Source: Burkholderiales bacterium | GTDB taxonomy: Bacteria > Pseudomonadota > Gammaproteobacteria > Burkholderiales > Burkholderiaceae_C | NCBI GenBank assembly: GCA_031413095.1 | Contig: JANOEG010000082.1 | Coordinates: 1-39,245, forward strand | Length of the DNA stretch: 39,245 nt | Direction: 5' to 3' | Part shown: positions 10,253 through 18,492 of the stretch, piece by piece | Position numbering within the stretch: position 1 is the stretch's first letter | Layout: each line of letters begins with the position of its first letter | Position numbers and translations under genes: made by a program | Notes under the pieces: generated by a model | What the model was told of the DNA's origin: nothing | Databases searched by the model: none | What the model saw: the letters and a program-made list of their open reading frames with translations, nothing else

Positions 10253-11128
10253 TCACGCCGCCGCGGCGTCGAGCTTCAACAAGCGCATTGCGTTGCGCTT
10301 CAGAATCAGCGGCTTGACCGCGTCCTTGAATCCCGCTTCCTCGAAATCCGCCAGCCAGCGGTCCGGCGTGATCAGCGGGTAGTCGCTGCCGAACAGGATG
10401 CGGTCTTTCAGAAGCGAGTTGGCGTACTGCACCAACTGCGGCGGAAAGTACTTCGGGCTCCAACCCGAGAGGTCGATCCAGATGTTGGGCTTGTGCATCG
10501 CAAGCGAGACTGCCTCGTCCTGCCACGGCCAGGACGGGTGGGCAATGACAATCTGCATGTCGGGGAAGGCGATGGCCACGTCTTCGAGCAGCGTCGGGTT
10601 GCTGTTCTGCAGCCGCAAGCCGCCGCCACACCGCATGCCCGAGCCGATGCCCGAGTGCCCGCTGTGGAAGATGGCCGGCAGCTTGTACTCGTTGATCACT
10701 TCGTAGATCGGCCAGGCCATCTTGTCGGCCGGCTCGAAGCCCTGCACTGTCGGGTGGAACTTGAAACCCTTGACGCCGAACTCCTCGACCAGCTTGCGCG
10801 CCTCCCGGCCGCCCATCTTGCCCTTGTGCGGGTCGATGCTGCCGAAGGCGATCATGATGTCCGGGTTGGCCAGTGCCGCTTCGGCGATCTCCTCGTTGGG
10901 GATGCGCCGCCGGCCCTGCTGCGACTCGGCATCGACGGTGAAGTTGACGAAGCAGATCTTCTTCTCGCGGTAGAAGTCGATCGTCTCCTGCATCGTTGGC
11001 CGCCGGCTCGACTTGAAGTACTTGTCGGCCGCGCGGTCGAACTCCTCGCCGTAGTTGTCGAACGGGTTGCGGCACGACACCTCGAGGTGGGTGTGCGTGT
11101 CGATGGCGATCAGGTTGGCGGTGTCCAT
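10253..11128 (-). CDS. Amidohydrolase-2 (COG2159, ACMSD/LigW-type metal-dependent hydrolase/decarboxylase) family protein
   Basis: 291 aa. N-terminal metal motif IAIDTHTHLE; later FHSGHSG and LFGSDYP motifs typical of the TIM-barrel amidohydrolase_2 fold. 18 bp downstream of dctP. Confidence 0.85.
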   Translation of the reverse strand: MDTANLIAIDTHTHLEVSCRNPFDNYGEEFDRAADKYFKSSRRPTMQETIDFYREKKICFVNFTVDAESQQGRRRIPNEEIAEAALANPDIMIAFGSIDPHKGKMGGREARKLVEEFGVKGFKFHPTVQGFEPADKMAWPIYEVINEYKLPAIFHSGHSGIGSGMRCGGGLRLQNSNPTLLEDVAIAFPDMQIVIAHPSWPWQDEAVSLAMHKPNIWIDLSGWSPKYFPPQLVQYANSLLKDRILFGSDYPLITPDRWLADFEEAGFKDAVKPLILKRNAMRLLKLDAAAA

Positions 11129-11146
11129 GCGTTGCGGCGCGTGCGC

Positions 11147-12184
11147 CTATTTGTACTTCGCGATCAGCGACTTCGCCGTCGACAACAACTGCGCGCCCTT
11201 GAAGCCGCGCTTGTCCATGTCGGCCACCCACTCGTCGTCGATCGGCGCCGACAGCTTGATGAACTCGTCGCGCTGCGCCGCGGTGAACTGGTAGATCGTG
11301 TTGCCGCGATCGACAGCCGACTTGCGCCCGGCAACGTCGTTGGCCTGCTGCGTCTTGCCGAGCCAGGCCGACGTGTCGGCGCCCGAGTTGGCATCGATGA
11401 CCTTCTTCAGGTCGGCCGGCAGCGACTCGTACTTGGCCTTGTTCATCGCCATGACGAAGGTCGTCGTGTAGAGCGCGCCGCCCGTGTTGTCGAACTCGCT
11501 GTGGAACTTGGTCAGCTCGTGCACCTTGACCGAGGGCACCACCTCCCACGGAATCACGCAGGCTTCGATCGTGCCCTTGGACAGCGCATCGGGGATGCCC
11601 GGCAGCGGCATGCCGACCGGCGTCGCGCCGACCGAGCCGAGCATCTTGGTCACCTGGCGCGTCGGGCCGCGCACCTTCATGCCCTTCAGATCGGCCGCCG
11701 ACTTGATCTGCTTCGTGGCCGAATGGAACATGCCCGGCCCGTGGACCTGCAGCGCGATGACCTGCGTCTCCTTGAACTCGTCGGGGCACTGCGTCTGGAA
11801 GTACTCCCAATATGCGCGCGAGGTCGCCTCGGCGTTGTTCATCATGAACGGCAGCTCGAAGACCTCGATGCGTGGGAAGCGCCCGGCCGTGTTCCCCGGC
11901 AGCGTCCACACCACGTCGACCACGCCGTCGCGCGCCTGGTCGTAGAGCTGCGGCGGCGTGCCGCCGAGCTGCATGGCCGGATAGGCCTCGAACTTGATGC
12001 GGCCGCCGGAATCCTTCTCGACCTTTTCCATCCACGGCTTGTGCATCAGCAGCCAGACGTTGCTCATCGGCGCCATGAAGGTGTGGAACTTGAGGGTCAC
12101 GGTCTGTTGGGACAGGCCCGACAGGTGCGGCGCACCGAGAGCGGCGGCAGCGCTGGCTTGGACGAATTGGCGGCGTTTCAACAT
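11147..12184 (-). CDS. dctP: TRAP transporter substrate-binding subunit (DctP family)
   Basis: ORF 11147..12247, start moved to ATG 12184 (MLKRRQFVQASAAAALGAPHLSG, a Tat-like signal). DctP-family body (...FELPFMMNN..., ...ALQVHGPG...). Confidence 0.9.
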   Translation of the reverse strand: MLKRRQFVQASAAAALGAPHLSGLSQQTVTLKFHTFMAPMSNVWLLMHKPWMEKVEKDSGGRIKFEAYPAMQLGGTPPQLYDQARDGVVDVVWTLPGNTAGRFPRIEVFELPFMMNNAEATSRAYWEYFQTQCPDEFKETQVIALQVHGPGMFHSATKQIKSAADLKGMKVRGPTRQVTKMLGSVGATPVGMPLPGIPDALSKGTIEACVIPWEVVPSVKVHELTKFHSEFDNTGGALYTTTFVMAMNKAKYESLPADLKKVIDANSGADTSAWLGKTQQANDVAGRKSAVDRGNTIYQFTAAQRDEFIKLSAPIDDEWVADMDKRGFKGAQLLSTAKSLIAKYK

Positions 12185-12437
12185 TGAGGGTGTCTCCAGG
12201 TTGTGTTCGGGTGCGACGTTAAACGAAGGTGGGGCTTGCCGGAGCACCGGGCTTGCCCGGAGTCAGGGCAGTTTCGCGCATGGCCCGAGGGCGGTTCGCC
12301 GCCGGGGCTCCGAATGCTGTCCCCCCGCTTCGCTGCGGGCCGGGCGTACCGAAAGAGAGCGCCTGGCACAAGCAGATGGCTGTTCCATGAGCCGCAGTCT
12401 ACGGAGGAGCAGCGTGGGCCGGAGCAGATGCATGGCG

Positions 12438-13025
12438 CTAGCAGCGGTACTGGGTGCGGATTCTTTGCAGCGCCTCTGGCGTCAGCCTCGCCATCTCGCG
12501 CTTGGAGATGGAGTTCTCCTCTTCTCTCGCAACGCCGAACGAGCCGCCCATCTGCTGCTGCATTGCCACGAACCCGCAATGCAAGCTCAGTTCTGCGAAC
12601 TCGCTGGAGAAGTCAACCGCTGCAAAGATGCCAGGCGGGGCATTGACGGCATTCCTGTACCAGGTGACCTTTTTCAGGGTGCGTCCCTGCGCTTGTCCTG
12701 ACTGGGCGTACACCGCGTGCATGTCGGCCTGCCACCTCTCGAACGGCACCGCCGCCTTCTGGCTGGGCGTGAACAGCGAATAGGCGTCTGCGAAGCGGCG
12801 TGCGTCTTTGGCTGCGAGATAGACGAGCACGTCGCGCACTACTCGCTCGCGTTGCTCGGCCGTCGGCTGCCATTGCTTGTCTTGGTTGCTCGGGGCCACG
12901 ACATGCGGGATGTCGGCGACAGCGACTGAGCTCGCCTGCGGCGACGCAGAAGGCTGGGCTTGCGCTGAGCCCCACGTCAAGGTTGCCAACAGCGCCATTG
13001 AGAACAGAAGCTTCATCGCAGCCAT
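12438..13025 (-). CDS. Secreted hypothetical protein (pattern reminiscent of DUF4019)
   Basis: ORF 12438..13055. Start at ATG 13025 is preceded by AAGG (alternative ATG 13016). Signal peptide MAAMKLLFSMALLATLTWGSAQA-QP. The core AAKDARRFADAYSLFTPSQKAAVPFERWQADMHAVYAQSG resembles DUF4019-type proteins; this is from memory and unverified. Confidence 0.6.
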   Translation of the reverse strand: MAAMKLLFSMALLATLTWGSAQAQPSASPQASSVAVADIPHVVAPSNQDKQWQPTAEQRERVVRDVLVYLAAKDARRFADAYSLFTPSQKAAVPFERWQADMHAVYAQSGQAQGRTLKKVTWYRNAVNAPPGIFAAVDFSSEFAELSLHCGFVAMQQQMGGSFGVAREEENSISKREMARLTPEALQRIRTQYRC

Positions 13026-13030
13026 CTGCC

Positions 13031-14347
13031 TTACGCGATCACCTTCACCAACCACAACGAGATACCCGGAAAGAACAGCAGCAGCAGCGTGCGCAGTGTG
13101 TCGCTGATCAGAAACGGCATGACGCCGCGGTAGCTCTCACCGATCGGCACGTCCTTGGCCAGACCGTTGACGACGTAGACGTTCAGCCCCACCGGCGGCG
13201 CCAGCAAGCCGAAGCCGACGGTCATCAGCACCATGATGCCGAACCAGATCGCCACCATGTCCTTGGGCATGCCGAAGTCCAGGCCGATGACCAGCGGAAA
13301 GAAGATCGGGATCGTCAGCAGCAGCATCGACAGCTCGTCCATCACCGCGCCGAGCACGACGTAGAAGAGCAGGATCGCGCTCACCACCATTAGCGGCGCC
13401 AGGCCCCAGCCCTGGACGACGCTGGCCAGTTGCGCCGGCACCTGCGTCAGCGCCAGCGCCGAGTTCATCAGGTCGGCGCCGAGGAAGATCATGAAGATCA
13501 TCGCCGAGCCTTCGGCGGTGGCGTAGAAGCAATGCTTGAACTTCTGCCACGTGATCTCGCGCTTGAGCAGTGCGGCGACGAAGGTCGCTGCGGCGCCGAC
13601 GGCGGCGCCCTCGGTTGGCGTGAACTTGCCGCTGTAGATGCCGCCGAAGACGATCAGGAAGACGATCGCGATCGGCACGATGCCCATCAGCGCGTGCGCG
13701 GTGACACGCGGCGCTTCATCATGCTCGGGCGCGTGGCCGGGCACGACTCGGACGTAGATCGCGATCGCGATCATGTAGCCGACCATCGCGATCACGCCGG
13801 GGATCATCGCCGCGGCGAACAGCTTGGCGATGTTCTGCTCGGCCAGGATGGCATAGACAACCAAAGGTACCGACGGCGGGATCAAGATGCCCAGCGTGCC
13901 GCCTGCGGCCAGCGTGCCGGTGGCGAGGCGCCCCGAGTAGCCGTGGCGTTTCATCTCGGGCAGGGCGACGGAGGTGATGGTCGCTGCGGTGGCCACCGAC
14001 GAGCCGCAGATCGCGCCGAAGGCGGCGCAGGCCAACACCGCAGCCATGGCCAGCCCGCCGCGAAAACGGCCCATCACCACGGCTGCGAACTCGAACAGCG
14101 CCTTGCTGATGCCGCCTTGGGTGGCGAAGTTGCCCATCAGCAGGAACAGCGGAATCACTGACAGGTCGTAGCTCGCAAAACGTGCAAAGGCCTGCGTGTT
14201 GAGAAAGTTGGCCAGCGGCAGCCAACCGGCCTGCGCGATGTAACCCACCGTGCCAGCGACGAACATCGCGATTGAGATTGGCGTGCGCAACGCCATCAGC
14301 ACCAGCATGACGGCGAAAATGGCCAGCGCCAAGGTGATCGGCGTCAT
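13031..14347 (-). CDS. dctM: TRAP transporter large permease (DctM family)
   Basis: 438 aa, polytopic, typical DctM sequence (MTPITLALAIFAVMLVLMALRTPI...). The start overlaps the dctQ stop (ATGA). Confidence 0.93.
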   Translation of the reverse strand: MTPITLALAIFAVMLVLMALRTPISIAMFVAGTVGYIAQAGWLPLANFLNTQAFARFASYDLSVIPLFLLMGNFATQGGISKALFEFAAVVMGRFRGGLAMAAVLACAAFGAICGSSVATAATITSVALPEMKRHGYSGRLATGTLAAGGTLGILIPPSVPLVVYAILAEQNIAKLFAAAMIPGVIAMVGYMIAIAIYVRVVPGHAPEHDEAPRVTAHALMGIVPIAIVFLIVFGGIYSGKFTPTEGAAVGAAATFVAALLKREITWQKFKHCFYATAEGSAMIFMIFLGADLMNSALALTQVPAQLASVVQGWGLAPLMVVSAILLFYVVLGAVMDELSMLLLTIPIFFPLVIGLDFGMPKDMVAIWFGIMVLMTVGFGLLAPPVGLNVYVVNGLAKDVPIGESYRGVMPFLISDTLRTLLLLFFPGISLWLVKVIA

Positions 14348-14820
14348 TCCACTACCTCGTCACCGAAGCCGCGCAGCGCTTGGACGAAGCCGATCGCGGC
14401 GGTGAGGGCCAGCGGCGGCACGATGCCGCAATAGACGATCCACTCGGGGAAGCCGAGCATCATCGAACCGGCCTGCGAGGTCCACGCGTTCCAGCCGCCG
14501 ATCGCCGAGCGCCAGGCCAGCAGCGCCATCACGACACCCAGCAGCAGCGCGCCCATCCGGTCGAGCGCGGCGTTCGTGGGTGCGCTCATCTTGGCGGTGA
14601 AGAAGTCAACGATGATGTTGCCGCGCCGCACCTGGCACCAGGGCAGGAAGAGGGCAATGGCAGCGCCGGCCGCCGAGCCCGAGAGTTCGAAGTCGCCGAC
14701 GATCGTCCAGCCGGTGGTGTTGCGGCCGATCAGACTGACGCACGTCATCAGCGTGATGACGGTCAATAGCAGCCCCGCGGCAATGGCGCAGGCGCGCGCT
14801 AGGTGCTCCAGCAGTTTCAT
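14344..14820 (-). CDS. dctQ: TRAP transporter small permease (DctQ family)
   Basis: 158 aa, four predicted TM helices, translationally coupled to dctM. Confidence 0.85.
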   Translation of the reverse strand: MKLLEHLARACAIAAGLLLTVITLMTCVSLIGRNTTGWTIVGDFELSGSAAGAAIALFLPWCQVRRGNIIVDFFTAKMSAPTNAALDRMGALLLGVVMALLAWRSAIGGWNAWTSQAGSMMLGFPEWIVYCGIVPPLALTAAIGFVQALRGFGDEVVE

Positions 14821-14847
14821 CGTCAGTCCCTCCTCGCTCTTGTGTGG

Positions 14848-15033
14848 TCAGCGCGGCTGCAGATCGGCCAGCGCCGATTGGACCAGCGCTTCGATGCGCG
14901 CAGGGTCGCCGACCTCGTTGGCAAATAGCAGTGCCAGCTTGGCCAGCATCAGCTCGCTGGTTCCCGCCGGTGCATTGTCGATAGCCTCGGCCAACAGGTC
15001 GTAGGTGGATTCCAGATCGGGCAGGCTCAGCAT
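14848..15033 (-). CDS. DUF2783 domain-containing small acidic protein
   Basis: 61 aa: MLSLPDLESTYDLLAEAIDNAPAGTSELMLAKLALLFANEVGDPARIEALVQSALADLQPR. The start overlaps the stop region of the upstream hydroxylase by 7 nt. Confidence 0.7.
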   Translation of the reverse strand: MLSLPDLESTYDLLAEAIDNAPAGTSELMLAKLALLFANEVGDPARIEALVQSALADLQPR

Positions 15034-16676
15034 GGGGTGGACTCCGTTGCCATGGCCCGCGCGAGCGCGGCTCGCAGTCTCGGCGCTGTCAGCGCCGTCC
15101 AGCGCGCACAGACATGTTGATCGGGGCGCAACAGCAGCGCGGCGCCTGGGCCCAGAAGACCCAGGCGTTCGCAGGCCTGGGGCGGCAGGCGCACGGTTTG
15201 CAGCGGGACGTCCTTGACGGCTTCGAGGTCGGCATCGGCGGGCACCAGCAGCGCAAAGCGCGCCGGCAGGTGGTCCAGCAAGTGGTCGCCTTCGGCCAGC
15301 CGCACATTTGGCAGCGGTGCGCCGTTGGCCGGGCCGGTGGCGAACATCGCGCTGTCATCGTCGGCGGCGTTCAGCGGCGAGTCCAGGTAGTCGTGCGGGC
15401 GCGAGGTGCGCCAGTGGTACAGCGGGCGCACGAACTCGTGCGTCAGCGACAGCGACAGCACTGCGTCGCGCAACAACCGGAAGCCCTTGCTCGGCGGCGT
15501 CATGAAGCGTGTGCTCTTGCCGGCCTCGTCGATGATCTCGCGCGCCGCGGCCACGCGCTCGGCGCTGTAGCTGGCCATCAGGCCGGGGCCGGCAGCACCA
15601 CGATCGGCGCGCAAGGTCATGCCGAGCTTCCAGGCCAGGTTCTGCGCGTCCTGAAAGCCGGTGTTGGCGCCGCGCACTCCGAAGATCGGCAGCAGGTGCG
15701 CGGCGTCGCCGACGAAGGCGATGCGGCCGTGCACGTAGTCGGGCAGTGTCAGCGCACGCGCCGAATAGACCGAGCACCAGTCGAGCTCCCAGGGAATGCC
15801 GGCGTGGCCGATCATCGCCAGCTGGGCGTCGATGCGCGCCTTCAGCGACGCCGGCGCCAGTGCTTCTTCGGGCGATTCGTCGGCCGGCAACTGGTAGTCG
15901 ATGCGCCAGATGCCCTCGGGCTCGCGGTGCATCAGCACCGTGTTGCCGCGGTTCCAGTCGGGGTCGAAGAAGGCCAGGCGCTCTGTCGGCAGCGGCAGAT
16001 CGATGCGGATGTCGGCGATGACGAAGCGGCCCTCGTAGGCCGCGCCTTCGAGCTTCAGGCCGCAGAGCGTGCGCAGCGCCGAGCGCGCGCCGTCGGCAGC
16101 CACGGCCCAGGCGGCGGGCTGCTCGTAGCTGCCGCTCGGCGTCGCGATTTCCAGCGTGACGCCATCGTCGGCGTCGTTGCGAACGACGCGCGTCACCTTG
16201 TGGCCCCAGCGCATCTCGATCAGCGGCTGGCGCGCCACTTCATCAAGCAGGTACTGCTCGACGAACTGCTGCTGCAGGTTGGTCATCGGCGGAAAGCGGT
16301 CATCCGCGCTCTGCGGCGCTTCCATGCGGAACACACGCTGGCCGCGGTAGAACGAATTGCCGAAGCGCCACGGCAGGCCGTGGGCGGCAATGGCGCCGGC
16401 CGCGCCGGCCTGCTGCAGGATCTCCATCGAGCGCCGCGTGAAGACGATGGCGCGGCTGCCTTCGCTGACCTGCAGTTCCGACTCGATCAGCACGCAGCGC
16501 ACGCCTTGCTGCGCCAGGCCAAGCGCGGTGACCAGGCCGATCGGGCCGGCGCCGACGACGAGCACTGGCAGGCCAGTGGCTGGCACGGCCGGCGCTGCCT
16601 CGTGGACGCGGTAGGGAAAGTACAGCGACGGCCGCGGCGTCGCCAGCGGTTGATGCACAGCGCCGCTGGCACTCAC
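15027..16676 (-). CDS. FAD-dependent aromatic-ring monooxygenase (PheA/TfdB/MhpA-type, with C-terminal thioredoxin-like domain)
   Basis: 549 aa. GTG start overlaps the dioxygenase stop (GTGA). Dinucleotide fold VLVVGAGPIGLVTALGLAQQG; FVGDAAH motif; C-terminal ...ALLVPADADLEAV...LLLRPDQHVCARW is typical of the phenol-hydroxylase family. Confidence 0.9.
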   Translation of the reverse strand: MSASGAVHQPLATPRPSLYFPYRVHEAAPAVPATGLPVLVVGAGPIGLVTALGLAQQGVRCVLIESELQVSEGSRAIVFTRRSMEILQQAGAAGAIAAHGLPWRFGNSFYRGQRVFRMEAPQSADDRFPPMTNLQQQFVEQYLLDEVARQPLIEMRWGHKVTRVVRNDADDGVTLEIATPSGSYEQPAAWAVAADGARSALRTLCGLKLEGAAYEGRFVIADIRIDLPLPTERLAFFDPDWNRGNTVLMHREPEGIWRIDYQLPADESPEEALAPASLKARIDAQLAMIGHAGIPWELDWCSVYSARALTLPDYVHGRIAFVGDAAHLLPIFGVRGANTGFQDAQNLAWKLGMTLRADRGAAGPGLMASYSAERVAAAREIIDEAGKSTRFMTPPSKGFRLLRDAVLSLSLTHEFVRPLYHWRTSRPHDYLDSPLNAADDDSAMFATGPANGAPLPNVRLAEGDHLLDHLPARFALLVPADADLEAVKDVPLQTVRLPPQACERLGLLGPGAALLLRPDQHVCARWTALTAPRLRAALARAMATESTPC

Positions 16677-17690
16677 TGCCGCTGCTCGCGCCAGAAGCCG
16701 AGTTTTTCTTGCGCGACGCGGTCGGAGTACGAGAAGAGCACCAGGTCTTCACTGGCGTGCAGCGTGTAGGCCATCCAGCCCGGGACGACGACGATATCGT
16801 GCGGCGTCAGCGCGAAGCGCTCACCGCCGACGCACAGCTCACCGCTGCCTTCTACGCAGATGAATACCGCGCTGTCGGAAGAACGATAGGGCTGCGTCGA
16901 GAAGCCGCGAGGCAACAGCCGGATCATCGTCGCGATCGTCGGCATCGCCCAGCCGCCGTCGGTCGGGTTGATGTAGCGCATCAGGTGGCCGAGATGCACG
17001 TCGGGTGCGCCGGCTTTCATCAACGCGTGCAGCGCTTCGCGGGTGCGCGTGTACGGGTAGTTGAAGACGGGTGAGTTCAGCGACGTGCTGCGATAACCCA
17101 CGGGCAGCAGGCCGCTGCCGTAACGCGCGAGCGCGTCGCCGGTCGGCCGTGTGACGGCGGCTTCATCGTCACGGTGGTCTTCGCGGAAGGTGCTGCCGAA
17201 GAAGTGGGTGATCGGGATGTCGAGGCCATCGAGCCAGACCATCGGCCCGGTGGCCTCGTGGCCATGGTGGTGCCAGGTCCAGCTCGGCGTGATGACGAAG
17301 TCGCCGGGTTGCATCAGCGTCTTTTCGCCATCGACCGCGGTATAGGCGCCCGAGCCTTCGACGATGAAGCGCAGCGCGCTCTGCGTGTGGCGGTGCGCGG
17401 GGCGCCACCTCGCCGGGCATGATGAGCTGCAGGCCGGCGTAGAGCGTCTGCGTGATCTGCGACGAGCCGACCAGCGCCGGGTTCTCGAGGATCAGCACGC
17501 GGCGTTCGGCTTCCTTGGCGCTGATGTGTTCGGCGGACTCAAGCACGTAGGGCCTCACATCGCTGTAGGCCCAGCGATGGGCGACACCCACCGGCGTCGG
17601 CTCTTTCGGCACGAGCGACTTCAGCCGCGTCCACAGCGGTGCCATGTGCTGCGGAGCGATGCGGTCGTAGTAGGCGGTGCGCGAGTTCAT
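16673..17690 (-). pseudogene. Gentisate 1,2-dioxygenase (bicupin) interrupted by a 1-nt frameshift
   Basis: Two overlapping minus-strand ORFs. ORF 17690->17169 is dioxygenase-like only up to ...[11 protein letters not shown]. The adjacent frame then reads [48 protein letters not shown]... through ORF 17314->16673. The junction is a GGGG run at 17399-17402. Removing one base gives a continuous 338-aa ORF. Confidence 0.85.
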
Positions 17691-17720
17691 GTGTTCCCCT
17701 CGTCCGACGAGTACATCGGC

Positions 17721-17763
17721 CGGTCCCCCGAGGGGACCGCCGCTTGCTTGGGGCGGCCCGGCG
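17721..17763 (+). repeat. GC-rich hairpin repeat, copy 1 (between FAH hydrolase and dioxygenase genes)
   Basis: cGGTCCCC-CGA-GGGGACCg hairpin (8 bp), then GCTTGGGGCGGCCCGGCG. Related copies are at 24636-24677 and 29801-29848. Confidence 0.35.
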
Positions 17764-17777
17764 CGGCGCGGCTCACG

Positions 17778-18473
17778 TCACACCACCTTCACGGAGATTT
17801 CGCCCAAACCGTCGATGCCGCCCGTCATCGTCTGCCCGCGCGCCACTGCGTTGACGCCCTCCGGCGTGCCGCTGTAGATCAGATCGCCGGGCTGCAATTC
17901 GAACAGCGTCGACAGGTTGGCGATCGTCTCCGGCACCGACCAGATCAGCAGCGAGATGTCGCTGCGTTGCCGATCGGCGCCATCGACCTGCACCCACAGC
18001 GCGCCCTTGGCCGGGTGGCCGATCTTGCCGGCGGGATGGATCGGCCCGATCGGCGCCGACTGGTCGAAGGCTTTGCCGATTTCCCACGGCCGGCCCTGCT
18101 TCTTCATCTGGCTTTGCAGATCCCGCCGCGTCATGTCCAGACCGACCGCGTAACCGAACACATGCTCGTTGGCGCGCTCGGCGGGGATGTTGCTGCCGCC
18201 TTTGCCGATGGCGACGACGAGTTCGATCTCATGCTGGTAGTCGCTGGTCTGCGCGGGGTAGGGCACTTCGACCGTCTGGCCCGGCGGGCAAAAGACGATC
18301 GTGTTGTCCGGCTTGCAGAAGAAGAACGGCGGATCGCGTTCGTCGGCGCCCATCTCGCGCGCATGGGCAGCGTAGTTGCGGCCGACGCAGTAAATGCGGC
18401 GCACCGGGAACTGTGCGTCGCTGCCGGCGACCGGCACGCCGATTTGGGGTTCGGGGGGGAAGACGTAGTTCAT
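17778..18473 (-). CDS. Fumarylacetoacetate hydrolase family protein (fumarylpyruvate or maleylpyruvate hydrolase)
   Basis: ORF 17778..18653, start moved to ATG 18473 (MNYVFPPEPQIGVPVAGSDAQFPVRRIYCVGRNYAAHAREMG), 231 aa. FAH-fold motifs are present. Lies in the gentisate operon. Confidence 0.9.
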   Translation of the reverse strand: MNYVFPPEPQIGVPVAGSDAQFPVRRIYCVGRNYAAHAREMGADERDPPFFFCKPDNTIVFCPPGQTVEVPYPAQTSDYQHEIELVVAIGKGGSNIPAERANEHVFGYAVGLDMTRRDLQSQMKKQGRPWEIGKAFDQSAPIGPIHPAGKIGHPAKGALWVQVDGADRQRSDISLLIWSVPETIANLSTLFELQPGDLIYSGTPEGVNAVARGQTMTGGIDGLGEISVKVV

Positions 18474-18492
18474 CGTGAGAGCTCCTTTGAAT

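Noticed and set aside
10212-12187. Very long ORFs antisense to or overlapping called genes: 10212..12035 (607 aa), 10244..12187 (647 aa), 21102..23144 (680 aa), 6435..7883 (482 aa), 15114..16769 (551 aa), 2191..3537 (448 aa), 4219..5370, 29822..30649 and others
   Set aside because: Their translations are low-complexity and Arg/Ala/Gly/Pro/His-rich with no recognisable motifs. Each lies opposite or out of frame to a gene with clear family signatures. Long spurious ORFs are expected in GC-rich DNA because stop codons are AT-rich.
12364-12380. Sigma-54-like TGGCAC element in the dctM/dctP spacer
   Set aside because: TGGCAC is followed after 5 nt by GATG, not TTGC(A/T), and it lies on the plus strand pointing away from dctP. 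I found no GCAA-N5-GTGCCA on the relevant strand.
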